A stretch of 64,000 bases of DNA from Clostridiaceae bacterium (GCA_012840075.1 DUMC01000151.1:1449-65448), one strand, 5' to 3'; counted from the stretch's first letter, positions 11,375 through 21,758 are shown. Notes: generated by a model from the sequence alone, not told the origin. Numbers and translations are program-made.

Positions 11375-11492
11375 AGGATTTTATGTTACCTGCAAAACTG
11401 ATTTAATGTTATCGACGCAGATTGATTTAATGTTATCTACAAGATGAATTTAATGTTATCTATAAGGTTGATTTAATATTATCAACAAGATT
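11375..11492. repeat. Degenerate 23-24 bp tandem repeat (TGATTTAATGTTATC core, about 5 copies)
   Basis: Directly visible. The inter-core segments resemble each other (tacaagat-like). Confidence 0.75.
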
Positions 11493-11721
11493 TAGTAATA
11501 CCAAATTAATAATACCGAATTCAACAAGCTTTAATCCAAGTAATAAAAAGTCTCTTGCTTCTATAAGCGAGAGCTGAATTGATGTAAACTGTAACAACAA
11601 TCTTGTTTGTTTGGGGATTACAAAACCCCTACTGTATCCTTGAATGAAATAGTTTTGCTAAGTAAAAAATATACATATATTACAAAATATACATAATATG
11701 ATAAAATAAGGGGGTAATTTT

Positions 11722-13397
11722 ATGTCAAAAAAGTCAAGTATTAAGTTTTTATCAATTATAATTGCATTGCTGATGTTGTTGACACTAATAGGCTGTACAC
11801 AGATGACTAGTAAAGAAGGTGCAACAGATAGCACTGCAGGTACGACAGAAAAAACTACGGATAAAAAAGACGGACAGGAGAAGAATGATGCGCAAGATCC
11901 ACTAGCAAAGTATAATCCTATTGAAGGTAAAAGGTATAAGATTACCTGGGTTAGCGAAGCTTCGGGACCTACTGATGAAGATGCGGAAATGGTTAAGTAC
12001 TGGGAAAAAAATTTAATATTGATCTAACCGTACTATACTTCGACAGATATGAAGAACAGTTGAATCTGCTTCTTGCATCAGGAGATATTCCCGATCGTTT
12101 TTGTCCTAGAATGAATAGCATATATAAAATGGTAGAGCAGGATGTTATGGCTGAATTATCAGAAGAGCTATTGCGAAAATTTATGCCTAATAAAATTGCT
12201 GCAATGGAAGCGCTTGAACCTAAAATTATTGAATACAGCAAGATAGATGGCAAACTGTATGGTTTAAGAGCATATGAAGCTAACTATAGGTACAGAAGTA
12301 CAATGGTATGGAATATGCAATGGTTAAGAAACTTAGGTTATGATAAGATACCTGAAACTTTAGATGAAGCTGAAGAGGTTTTCTATAGGTTTGCAAATGA
12401 TGACCCTGACAAGGATGGTGTAAAGGATACCTATGCATTTTCCCGAGAAGGGCTGTTTGCAATTTTCGGTTCATATGGAATTTTCCCCGGAGGAAATAAG
12501 TTCATGCCATTTGATCACTGGGTTGAAAGAGACGGCAAACTGGTTAACAGTGTTACTACACCAGAAATGAAGATTGTATTAGCAAAATTAGCAAAGTGGT
12601 ATAAAGATGGTCTAATTGATCCCGAATGGTTAACCGGTGAGCACAGAGGTGGTGCTAATAGTGTTTCCTACTCATTTATTGAAGGTCGGATAGGTATGAC
12701 AAACATGGGAACATATTATCATTGGATGCCCGCATATGCCGAAGGCACATACCAGGGAATGAATTATACCGAATTATATAAGATATATGGAGAAGAAACT
12801 AAAAATATATTAGGGTTTAGTGGGGCATTAAAGGTTCCCGGTTACAATAGTGCTTTACCCAGCAATAACGAAATTTCAAATGTTATGGAGAGTTTTGGTA
12901 AGCATCTGGAAAAGGAACCTGATAAGCTTGGAAAACTGCTGCAGATATGTGAGTACTTTTCTGACAAAGAAAACGTTGTAACAGTATATAAAGGAATAGA
13001 AGGCAAACATTGGAAGGTAAATGACCAAGGTATAGTGGTCAGTATTGGCAAATATGCAGACGTTGCAGAACAAGCCAAAATAGGTGCACACTGTACATTT
13101 ACACATCATATAGACCCGGATGTTTTACACACAAAAATAAATGTTGGTTACGCAGAGTTTGCCAAATCAATCGGCTGTGATAAAGACATATTAAGAAATC
13201 AGCTCAAAATGCCTTTAAAATCTGCTAGTAAATACCAAAGTGAACTTGATAGATTGAGAGACGAGATGATTGTAGCCATCGTCACCGGTGACAAGCCTGT
13301 TGACTACTTCGACGAGTTTGTAAAGATTTATAATGAAGCCGGAGGTGATGAGCTGACAAAAGAGGCTAATGAATGGTATCAAAGTATTAAGAAATAA
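11722..13397 (+). pseudogene. Extracellular solute-binding lipoprotein (family 1, LplA-like), split by a 1-nt frameshift in the A7 run at 12005-12011
   Basis: ORF 11722-12027 has a lipobox (LIGC). Adding one A gives ...YWEKKFNIDLTVLYFDRYEEQLNLLLASGDIPD..., continuous with ORF 12060-13397 (DPDKDGVKDTYAF, WYKDGLIDPE). Confidence 0.85.
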
Positions 13398-13569
13398 GTG
13401 TTAAAATAGCAATTATGATGTAAGGGACAAAAATTGTGTATGGGGAATTGCATATAGTGTGTATAGGAAATTGCACATAGCGGATATATAGTAATGCTAT
13501 TGCGTGGTATTACTGTACGATATTATTATGTATAATATTACTATGTGATATAAGCGTTTAAGTGTTTAA

Positions 13570-13612
13570 AGATAACAGGTGTAATAAGATATTCTTATTA
13601 TGCCTGTTATCT
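13570..13612. terminator. Long hairpin downstream of the binding-protein gene (terminator or mRNA stabiliser)
   Basis: AGATAACAGGTGTAATAAGA-TAT-TCTTATTATGCCTGTTATCT. Confidence 0.6.
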
Positions 13613-13664
13613 AAACTATTTACAAGAGAAGTTGCTGGTAAATGCGCCGGTTATGCCTAAGATT

Positions 13665-13905
13665 ACAGTATATGAAAATAGTGTATGAATATAGTGTAAG
13701 ACCATAAAGTAAGATTTCGGTGTAAGATCATAGTGTGAGATCACAGTATGAGATTATAGTGTAAGACCATAGTTAAAGATCATAGTGCAGTGTCATAGTA
13801 GTGTCATAGTATAGTATCATAGCTTAAGGTCATAATATATGCTCAAAGGTTTGCGTAAAGATTTGTGTAAAGGTTTACATAAAGATTTACATAAAAATTT
13901 GCATA
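13665..13905. repeat. Degenerate 13-bp (TAGTGTAAGATCA-like) and 12-bp (AAAGATTTACAT-like) tandem arrays
   Basis: Roughly ten 13-mers followed by five 12-mers, immediately upstream of the AraC gene. Confidence 0.75.
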
Positions 13906-13941
13906 ATGAAAAGACTTTTCATTTGCAAAGGAGATATTAAA

Positions 13942-16293
13942 ATGAGTTTTTTCAAAAGGTTCAATAGAGTATTTTATAGGTTATTTATATCGTATATTGT
14001 GTTAATAATCCTGGCAGTTGCAATAGTAGGAATAACATCGTATTTATATTTTTCCAATTCTTTTGATAACGAAATAAATCGTTTATATAGCAGGCTCATT
14101 ACACAGTATTCAGATTATATTGATAACTCAATAATTCAAAGAACAGAAAAAATTTTTGTAAACTTATTTGCTGAAAAACAAAAAGAGGAAAATATAACAT
14201 TCTTGTTTGATAATTACGTGCCCGGAAATCACATAAAGATTGTAAATGTTTATAAATGCTTGCAGGAGATTGTTTCTACGAATTGTGACATTCTTGATTC
14301 CATATATATACATTATAAGAAAAATAACCTAATAGTTTCATCCCAAGGTGTAATTTATTTTACCAGAGGAAAATGGGAAAATACGCTGCCACATATAAAA
14401 CTGGATTGGTTAGATACGTTTTACAATAACAATAAAAAGGTAATGTGGACTATAACGAGGGATATCAGTTCAGTAAGTACTTATTTGCCTCAAGTTGAAA
14501 GAGTTACAACTCTTTTACACAGTTTTCCGTTTAACTCATTCCCTGATAATAACAAAGGTTGTATAGCAATCAATGTCAATGAGAAAGCAATACGTAATGC
14601 TATTAAAACATTAAGTATAGAGGATACGGCCAGAATTTTAATAATTGATGGAGAAACAAATAGCATAATCTCCTGTAGCGAAGTAAGTCAGCAGTTTAAA
14701 AATTCTTTTCTTAATAACTGCATGAAAAAAATTAACGAGGACGATGCATTTTCAGGTAGTTTTATCACATCTATAGATAATGAAAGAAATTTTGTTTTTT
14801 ACCGCAACTCTCAATACAATAAATGGAAATATGTTGTAATAGTACCTCTGGATACTATGTACAAAAGTTCATATGCGGTTAAGCAAATGCTAGTCATTTA
14901 TTGCGTTTTAGCTCTTATAATAGGTATTATCATATCAGGTATATTTACAACAAAGATATATAATCCTCTGGAGTCATTAATTAATATGGCGAGAAAAATT
15001 CTTAAACGTCCTGTAAACAAAAAAGAAAATGAATATGTACTAATAAATAATGTAATAGATGAACTTTCGATAAAGGTGAATGAACTTGAGAATACTTTAA
15101 ATAGCAATATACATATAATTAAACGCGATATAATAGATGCACTTTTAAATAATAAAGCTGATATATCGCAGTTAGATAAAAAAATTAAACTGGTAAATAT
15201 GGATATTTTTGCAGATTACTATACAGTGATTCTTTTAAATTTAGATCGGAATTTCATGAACAACATCTCTACTGAAAATAGCCAGTTCATTAAGTATAAC
15301 ATGATAGATCATATAAACAAGTTTAACGACGGGAAGGTCAAATGTTTTGCAACAGATGTAAATGATTATCTTATAGCAATAATTGTGTGTATAATAGGAG
15401 ATATGACAAATGAGGATAAAATTATTGATAAATTGGTAAATGAATGCCTAACTTACGCTAATGTGAATTTTAAGTTACCTGTACATTCTGCAATCGGGAG
15501 CACAATTTCAAATATTTATGATGTGTATGTATCATATGAAAATGCTCTTGTTGCATTAAAATATAGCTTTTTTAAAAGAAAAGATAAGGTTCTGCGCTTT
15601 AATGAGATTTCCTTTCTGGAATATAATACTGACCAAGATACATTTGATGATGCTTTGTTTGATGAATTTAAAAGATATATTAACACTAATAATTGCCGGC
15701 AAGCCATATGTATAGTTGATAAAATAGTAAATGAACTAAAAAATAAAAATTTTTCCTATGACTTTGCCAAGCAGAAATTGACCGAATTAGTTTCTTTATA
15801 TTATGTATTAATCAAATCCGTTGACAAAGATATCATAAAGGAAATGGGAAAAGATATGTTTTCGCAATTTATAAATTTATCGGATATAGATGAATTTCAG
15901 GTATGGTTTGTTAATATAATAAGGCAAATATCAAATATAGTTTCCGAAAAGGAAAGCAGAAGCAGAACAAGTGAGGTCATAAAATCGGCTATAAATTATA
16001 TTATAGATAATATAAATAGTGACATAACACTAAACGACATAGCTGAACATGTATCATTAAGTCCGAATTATCTAAGCAAAATATTTAAAGATGAAACAGG
16101 TAAAAATATTCAGGATTTTATTACACAAGAAAGAATGGAAAGAGCAAAAAAACTATTGCTTAGCACGAATATGAAAATAGAAGAGATATCCTTTGAAGTT
16201 GGTTATAATAACACCGCTTATTTTATAAGAAGATTCAAAGAAATGTACGGTAAAACACCAAAGAAGTTTAGGGAGCTTAACATTACAAATTAG
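13942..16293 (+). CDS. Membrane-anchored AraC-family regulator with an extracellular Cache-like sensor (YesS/YtdP-like)
   Basis: Two TM helices flank a ~270-aa sensor region. C-terminal AraC double HTH (LSPNYLSKIFKDETG...VGYNNTAYFIRRFKEMYGKTP). AAGGAG RBS precedes 13942. Confidence 0.9.
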   Translation: MSFFKRFNRVFYRLFISYIVLIILAVAIVGITSYLYFSNSFDNEINRLYSRLITQYSDYIDNSIIQRTEKIFVNLFAEKQKEENITFLFDNYVPGNHIKIVNVYKCLQEIVSTNCDILDSIYIHYKKNNLIVSSQGVIYFTRGKWENTLPHIKLDWLDTFYNNNKKVMWTITRDISSVSTYLPQVERVTTLLHSFPFNSFPDNNKGCIAINVNEKAIRNAIKTLSIEDTARILIIDGETNSIISCSEVSQQFKNSFLNNCMKKINEDDAFSGSFITSIDNERNFVFYRNSQYNKWKYVVIVPLDTMYKSSYAVKQMLVIYCVLALIIGIIISGIFTTKIYNPLESLINMARKILKRPVNKKENEYVLINNVIDELSIKVNELENTLNSNIHIIKRDIIDALLNNKADISQLDKKIKLVNMDIFADYYTVILLNLDRNFMNNISTENSQFIKYNMIDHINKFNDGKVKCFATDVNDYLIAIIVCIIGDMTNEDKIIDKLVNECLTYANVNFKLPVHSAIGSTISNIYDVYVSYENALVALKYSFFKRKDKVLRFNEISFLEYNTDQDTFDDALFDEFKRYINTNNCRQAICIVDKIVNELKNKNFSYDFAKQKLTELVSLYYVLIKSVDKDIIKEMGKDMFSQFINLSDIDEFQVWFVNIIRQISNIVSEKESRSRTSEVIKSAINYIIDNINSDITLNDIAEHVSLSPNYLSKIFKDETGKNIQDFITQERMERAKKLLLSTNMKIEEISFEVGYNNTAYFIRRFKEMYGKTPKKFRELNITN

Positions 16294-16350
16294 GTTATTG
16301 CCAATTTTATAAAGTTTTATGTATGGCTTGAATAAAATTGGCAATAACTT
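16294..16350. terminator. Long hairpin right after the AraC stop codon
   Basis: GTTATTGCCAATTTTAT ... ATAAAATTGGCAATAAC followed by a T-run. Confidence 0.6.
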
Positions 16351-16681
16351 TTGACACTGGACTATTAATACCTTTTTCTCAAAATGCATTTTATGAGATC
16401 CAACCAGCCTGGCAAAAAAGACCTTCTTCGCTAAATGCCTTTTCAGTAAAAAGTTAAAGCCTTTAAATGCATATTTATTGCTTAATGATAACTTTCTATT
16501 CGTCCAAGATATAGAAGTAGAATTAGTAGCTGACTTAGCACCCAAGCGGGATGACTATTGTCTAAAATTGTAAAATACTATTTGACATATATGCATTTTG
16601 AAAAATTATGTTAAAATATTAGGTATAATATCATGTAATGACATACAGTAACATGTTAGCAACATGTTGATGCATGTTGAT

Positions 16682-16750
16682 ATAAATAACATAAATAGCA
16701 TAAATAACATAAATAACATAAATAACATAAACAACGTAAATAACATAAAA
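16682..16750. repeat. 9-bp tandem repeat (ATAAATAAC) x7
   Basis: Near-perfect array upstream of the hydrolase gene. Confidence 0.85.
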
Positions 16751-16832
16751 TGAAATTTTTAGACCTTGAATTGAGGTTTCGTAAATGTTTTAAACTTGGC
16801 TTATAAGTAATATGAAAGGGATGATAATTTAT

Positions 16833-17690
16833 ATGAAAGAGATACTTGTAAAATCGTCAATTGACGGAAGTATGCAGCCATCTTTATTCCACAAGGCAAC
16901 TGGCAACGGGAAGAGGCCTTTGTTAGTAGGACTCCACACCTGGAGTGCTGATAGGTTTAACCAGCAAAAGAATATGCTTCCTCTTGCCGAAGAACTGGGA
17001 TGGAATTTACTTCTTCCGGAATTTAGAGGACCTAATTTGTGCAGTAATCCTATTGGAAAGGAAGCTTGCGGATCCGTATTGGCAAAACAAGATATAGTAG
17101 ATGCCGTGGAATATGTTTTAGCTAATCATGAAATCGATGATAAAAATATATATTTACTTGGTGGAAGCGGAGGAGGGCATATGGCCCTTTTAATGGCAGC
17201 ATATAAACCGATGTTGTGGAAGGCAGTTGCAGCCTTTTGCCCTATTACTGAACTTTCAAAGTGGTACTACGAAAACCCCCACTATACTCCGCATATCCAT
17301 TATTGCTGCGGGGGTGAACCCGAAGGCGAACATATGGATGAGTATGTGAAACGCTCACCTATAAGCTACATAGACCAGATTGCAAAAAGCAATACTAAAA
17401 TATTCCACGGAAGGTATGATAAATCCGTACCGTTTACTCACAGCTTGAATCTTTATTATGAGTTAAGCAATAAATATCCTCAAGCAAGAGTCTTTCTGGA
17501 CATATTTGACGGAGGCCATGAATTAAGGCTGGATGAGGCGAAAAGATGGTTTCTGTCCCAAAGCGATTTATCAAGTGATATGCTTACCACCGGTCAAGAT
17601 AGTAATAGGGCCGGCAATAGAGGCAACGCGGATAGCAACAACAATAATGGAAATTTTTCAGGCAGCCGTAATTATGAACTGACGAAATGA
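16833..17690 (+). CDS. Alpha/beta-fold serine hydrolase (S9 peptidase/esterase-like)
   Basis: GGSGGG nucleophile elbow, HGRYDKSVP (Asp), FDGGHE (His). Low-complexity C-terminal tail. Confidence 0.82.
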   Translation: MKEILVKSSIDGSMQPSLFHKATGNGKRPLLVGLHTWSADRFNQQKNMLPLAEELGWNLLLPEFRGPNLCSNPIGKEACGSVLAKQDIVDAVEYVLANHEIDDKNIYLLGGSGGGHMALLMAAYKPMLWKAVAAFCPITELSKWYYENPHYTPHIHYCCGGEPEGEHMDEYVKRSPISYIDQIAKSNTKIFHGRYDKSVPFTHSLNLYYELSNKYPQARVFLDIFDGGHELRLDEAKRWFLSQSDLSSDMLTTGQDSNRAGNRGNADSNNNNGNFSGSRNYELTK

Positions 17691-17706
17691 TTTTAAGAGT
17701 AAAATT

Positions 17707-17842
17707 ATGCTGCTTCAGAATTAGTATCCTTTCTGAATCTGAATGGCATCTTTCGTGATTAAATGGTAAACTATCGAAAAAAGTGGCAACCTACCGAAAA
17801 TGATAATCTGTAGGAGGTGGCTGTATATATCTGAAGCAGCAT
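17707..17842. repeat. 14-bp perfect inverted repeat enclosing degenerate ~19-bp direct repeats
   Basis: TATGCTGCTTCAGA ... TCTGAAGCAGCATA, followed by 15-bp CATAAATCAATTAA repeats to about 17940. Confidence 0.65.
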
Positions 17843-18306
17843 AAATCAATTAACCATAAATCAAATAAGCATAAATCAATTAAACAAAAATCAAAATTAA
17901 GAGCATGAATCGATTAAATATAAATCAATTAAATAAATTAATTGTGCGCAAACAATTAAAGGAATACTTAAATAAAATTAAGAACTAAATAAAAAAAATA
18001 CATGCTAAATAAAAATACATGCTAAATAAAAAACACACTTAATAAAGATGTACCTTGGATTATTATACCATTTTTAAACGGAAATCATAAAGACAATTCG
18101 TAAAAGAAAGTATAAAGACTACATAAGAATTTATTATGTATTACATATTTTACAAATTTATGTTAATTTGTACATAATAATGGTATTATATTATAAATTT
18201 AAATAAATTAATTTATAAATTTATATAAATTAATAATTCATTCTATGCAACTCATTTTATAACTTAGCAGAAAATTATAACTTAGCAGAAAAATGGGGGT
18301 TTCAAA

Positions 18307-18723
18307 GTGTGGAAGGAAAAATATAAAATCGGAGTGGAATTAATTGATTCTCAGCATAAAGAGCTATTTAACCGGGTATATGACTTTCTCAGCACAATGC
18401 AAAGTAAAGGGGACTGGGATGAAAAGCTGGAGAAGGTAAAGGAAACAATGAACTTTATGCAGGAGTATGTAGTAGTTCACTTTAACGATGAAGAAGCATA
18501 TCAGGATGAAATCGGTTATCCGGAAAGGGAAGAGCACAAGAAGGTTCACGCAGATTTTAGATCAACAATTAATAATTATGTGGAAATTTTCAATAAACAA
18601 GGATTTAGTGAGGAACTTGTTCAACAATTTGGAGCTAAGCTTATGACATGGCTGATAATGCATGTTTGTAAGGCCGATAAGAAAATCGGGGAATATGCGC
18701 AGAGCAAGGGGGAAAATAACTAA
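18307..18723 (+). CDS. Bacteriohemerythrin (single domain)
   Basis: W-x5-IG..IDSQH, HFNDEE, HKKVH and WLIMHVCKAD together give the full di-iron ligand set. GTG start. Confidence 0.92.
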   Translation: MWKEKYKIGVELIDSQHKELFNRVYDFLSTMQSKGDWDEKLEKVKETMNFMQEYVVVHFNDEEAYQDEIGYPEREEHKKVHADFRSTINNYVEIFNKQGFSEELVQQFGAKLMTWLIMHVCKADKKIGEYAQSKGENN

Positions 18724-19184
18724 TGAAGGCAGAATATGTTAACCCGTTTTATATAGCTGCCTGCGATGTTTTCGAGCTTATGCTTAGTTTACATCCTAAG
18801 AGGAGTTCATTAAAAGCGGTAGAAGAGCTGATAAATACTAAAGAAGCAAGTGTAGTACTTGGAGTTACGGGAGACCTAAAAGGAATAGTAATATTTAGTT
18901 TCCCCAAGGAAATGGCCCTGGAAATGGTCAAAATAATGTCGGGTATAGAAATGGAAGAAATTGATGGTTTTGTATCTTCTGCCCTTGGTGAGATTGGTAA
19001 TATTATTTCAGGAAATGCTCTTACCCTTTTAAGTAAAAACAATTATAAGTGTGATATTACACCTCCTCAGATACTTGTGGGAAAGTATAAAACTTTTTCA
19101 GCACCCAACGAGAAATCCTTGCTTTTGAGTTTGAGTACCGAGATTGGGGAGTTTGATATAAGCATGCTATTAAAAGAAAAGTGA
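18723..19184 (+). CDS. cheX: CheX-family phosphatase
   Basis: YVNPF start, LGVTGDLKG, SALGEIGNIISGNA (ExxN motif), CDITPP. TAATG overlap with the hemerythrin stop. Confidence 0.88.
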   Translation: MKAEYVNPFYIAACDVFELMLSLHPKRSSLKAVEELINTKEASVVLGVTGDLKGIVIFSFPKEMALEMVKIMSGIEMEEIDGFVSSALGEIGNIISGNALTLLSKNNYKCDITPPQILVGKYKTFSAPNEKSLLLSLSTEIGEFDISMLLKEK

Positions 19185-19223
19185 ATAAAAAAATAAAAGT
19201 GAATAAACCTCAAAAAAATTTGT

Positions 19224-19272
19224 AAAAACTTTGACCTAGGTCAAAGTTTTTTATTTATGTCCGTAATAAAAT
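19224..19272 (+). promoter_or_regulatory. Crp/Fnr-family binding site (TTGACCTAGGTCAA) and -10 box of a class II activated promoter
   Basis: Perfect 28-bp palindrome at 19224-19251 and TAAAAT at 19267-19272. This spacing places the box centre at about -41.5. Confidence 0.8.
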
Positions 19273-19547
19273 GAACCTGAAAAATGAATCAGCAACATGG
19301 GATAAAAATAAAATTGAACGAACGGTGTACAATAATAACTGATAAGCAACCGGTTTGCGAGCTGGTTGACATAAAATAATAACAATAAAAGTCAAATGGA
19401 CTAATTAATTGGCTGATTAAATAGTAGATTAAAATATTTAAAATATTAGATTAAATATTGGATCAAATAATCAAATATTAAAAAAGTATAAGATCAAATA
19501 TTGAAGTATTAGATCAAATATCAGAAAAATATAGGAGGCATATGTTT

Positions 19548-19763
19548 ATGACAAACAAAACTTATCAATTGGAAACATTAACTTGCCCGAGTTGCACGGC
19601 AAAGATACAAACTGCTCTGAAAAAAACTAATGGTGTTGAAGAAGCGGAAGTATTATTCAACACAAGCAGAGTAAAAGTTAACTTTGATGAAACCATAGTG
19701 TCACCGGAAAAAATAAGAAATACGATTGAAAGTTTAGGCTTCAAGGTCCTCAGTGAAAAGTGA
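19548..19763 (+). CDS. Heavy-metal-associated (HMA/CopZ-like) protein
   Basis: LTCPSC motif, ~71 aa. AGGAGG RBS; alternative ATG at 19542. Confidence 0.9.
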   Translation: MTNKTYQLETLTCPSCTAKIQTALKKTNGVEEAEVLFNTSRVKVNFDETIVSPEKIRNTIESLGFKVLSEK

Positions 19764-19849
19764 ATTTCCAACAGCATCATAAAATCATAGCATCATATGA
19801 CCATAAAGTTTAAAACATGAATTTTAAAACATGAAAAGGGAGGAAGGTT

Positions 19850-21715
19850 ATGCTGAAATTAACGAAAATTCGGAGAGTATGGATTTCAGGAATTCTTGTT
19901 GCCATATCTTTTATCCTTAAAAATTTATTAGGCCATCACATAATTACAGACATAACAATGATCGCTTCTACAATTGTTGCGGGTACACCTATATTGAAAA
20001 ATGCGATTTCTGCTATACGTTATAAGATACTTGGTATTGATGCATTGGTTTCTATCGCGGTAATTGGAGCTGTGTTAATCGGTGAGTATTGGGAAGCCGC
20101 AGCAGTAACCTTCCTCTTTATGTTTGGCGATTTCTTGGAATCAAAAACCATAGAAAAAACCCGTTCATCCATAAAAGCTTTATTAGAATTGACTCCTGAT
20201 ATTGCAAGAGTAATCAGGGAAGGGAATGAAATAGAAATATCCCCGGATGAAGTAGTTAAGGGAGATATAGCAGTTATAAAACCGGGAGAAAAAATTCCGG
20301 TTGACGGTACCGTTATTGAAGGCAATGCTTATGTAAATCAGGCGGCTATTACAGGAGAATCCATTCCGGTTAATAAAATCCCTGGGGATGAAGTTTTCTC
20401 AGGTACTGTCATTGAAACAGGCTATATAAAGGTGAGGGCTGATAGGGTGGGTGAGGATACCACCTTCGCCAGGATACTGCAGATGGTTGAGGAAGCGCAG
20501 GATAAAAAAGCCAAAACTCAAAAGTTTCTTGAAAAATTCTCAAAGTACTATACACCAGGTATTATTGTTTTATCGGTCATAATGTTCCTTATTACAAGAG
20601 ATCTTGCTCTATCCCTTACATTACTTGTTATAGCATGTCCGGGTGCTCTGGTGATTTCCACCCCGGTTTCTATAGTGGCGGGCATCGGAAATGGTGCTAA
20701 AAACGGTATTTTGATAAAAGGCGGGGAAATCATGGAAAAGCTCGGCAAGGTCAAGGTATTGGCTTTTGATAAGACCGGTACTTTAACTAAAGGAAGACCG
20801 CAGGTAAATAGTTTAAAAGCATATGATATTTCAGAAGATGAGCTATTGAGAATAGCAGCAATTGGTGAGGCTTATTCGGAGCATCCAATTGGCAAGGCTA
20901 TAATAAATAAAGCAGAAGAAACTATAGGCAAAATATCCCAGGTGCCGTCTGAAGCCGAAATAATTCCGGGTCAGGGATTGAAGGTTGTTATAGATAATAG
21001 TACAGTATTAATCGGAAACAGAAAACTGCTGGTAGAAAACGGATTAATTATAGACGTATCCCAGGAAGCATATATCAGATCCCAGGAAGAACAAGGACAG
21101 ACGGTTGTTCTCGTTGCAACCCCGGAAAGACTGCTTGGTGTAATATCAATTGCTGATACAATAAGGGAAGATGCAAAAAAAATGGTTGTTAATCTGAAAA
21201 GACTAGGCATAAAAAAGATCGTAATGCTTACAGGTGATAATAGAAGAGCTGCAGGAGCCATATCAAATGAACTGGGACTGGACGAGTATTATGCTGAATT
21301 GCTTCCTGAGAACAAAGTAGAAGTTTTGGAAAGACTTAGGGGAAAGTATGGACTTGCAGCCATGGTAGGAGACGGAGTTAATGATGCTCCTGCACTGGCA
21401 TCAGCAGATTTAGGTATTGCCATTGGCGGAGCAGGAACCGATGTGGCTATGGAAACGGCTGATGTTGTGTTGATGTCAAACGAGCTCAAGAAATTGTCTC
21501 ATGCTATAGGTCTTAGCCGTGCCACGGTGAGAAATATGAAGCAAAATATTTCTTTTTCTTTGGCAGTAGCAGGAGTGCTTTTGGCAGGAGTACTGGTAAA
21601 AACCGTGGATTTGTCCTTCGGTATGTTAATTCATGAATTGAGTGTACTTCTTGTAGTAATTAATGCAGTAAGATTACTAGGATACGGAAGAACCCGTTTT
21701 AAGTTAATGTCTTAA
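19850..21715 (+). CDS. P1B-type heavy-metal-translocating ATPase (CPG / HExS variant)
   Basis: TGES, ACPGALVISTP, DKTGT, SEHP and GDGVNDAP motifs; HELS in the last TM helix. Confidence 0.93.
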   Translation: MLKLTKIRRVWISGILVAISFILKNLLGHHIITDITMIASTIVAGTPILKNAISAIRYKILGIDALVSIAVIGAVLIGEYWEAAAVTFLFMFGDFLESKTIEKTRSSIKALLELTPDIARVIREGNEIEISPDEVVKGDIAVIKPGEKIPVDGTVIEGNAYVNQAAITGESIPVNKIPGDEVFSGTVIETGYIKVRADRVGEDTTFARILQMVEEAQDKKAKTQKFLEKFSKYYTPGIIVLSVIMFLITRDLALSLTLLVIACPGALVISTPVSIVAGIGNGAKNGILIKGGEIMEKLGKVKVLAFDKTGTLTKGRPQVNSLKAYDISEDELLRIAAIGEAYSEHPIGKAIINKAEETIGKISQVPSEAEIIPGQGLKVVIDNSTVLIGNRKLLVENGLIIDVSQEAYIRSQEEQGQTVVLVATPERLLGVISIADTIREDAKKMVVNLKRLGIKKIVMLTGDNRRAAGAISNELGLDEYYAELLPENKVEVLERLRGKYGLAAMVGDGVNDAPALASADLGIAIGGAGTDVAMETADVVLMSNELKKLSHAIGLSRATVRNMKQNISFSLAVAGVLLAGVLVKTVDLSFGMLIHELSVLLVVINAVRLLGYGRTRFKLMS

Positions 21716-21758
21716 GTTACTGTCTTATAATATATAAATTGAAGAGATGGGTGGGTTT

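Noticed and set aside
11375-11492. Possible mini-CRISPR array (conserved 15-nt core with variable gaps)
   Set aside because: The period is only 23-24 nt, the gaps resemble one another, and there are no cas genes. It is a degenerate tandem repeat.
16153-16545. 130-aa minus-strand ORF / possible IS fragment after the AraC gene
   Set aside because: It overlaps the AraC 3' end and the hairpin, with no RBS or recognisable motif. The segment 16350-16560 remains unexplained.
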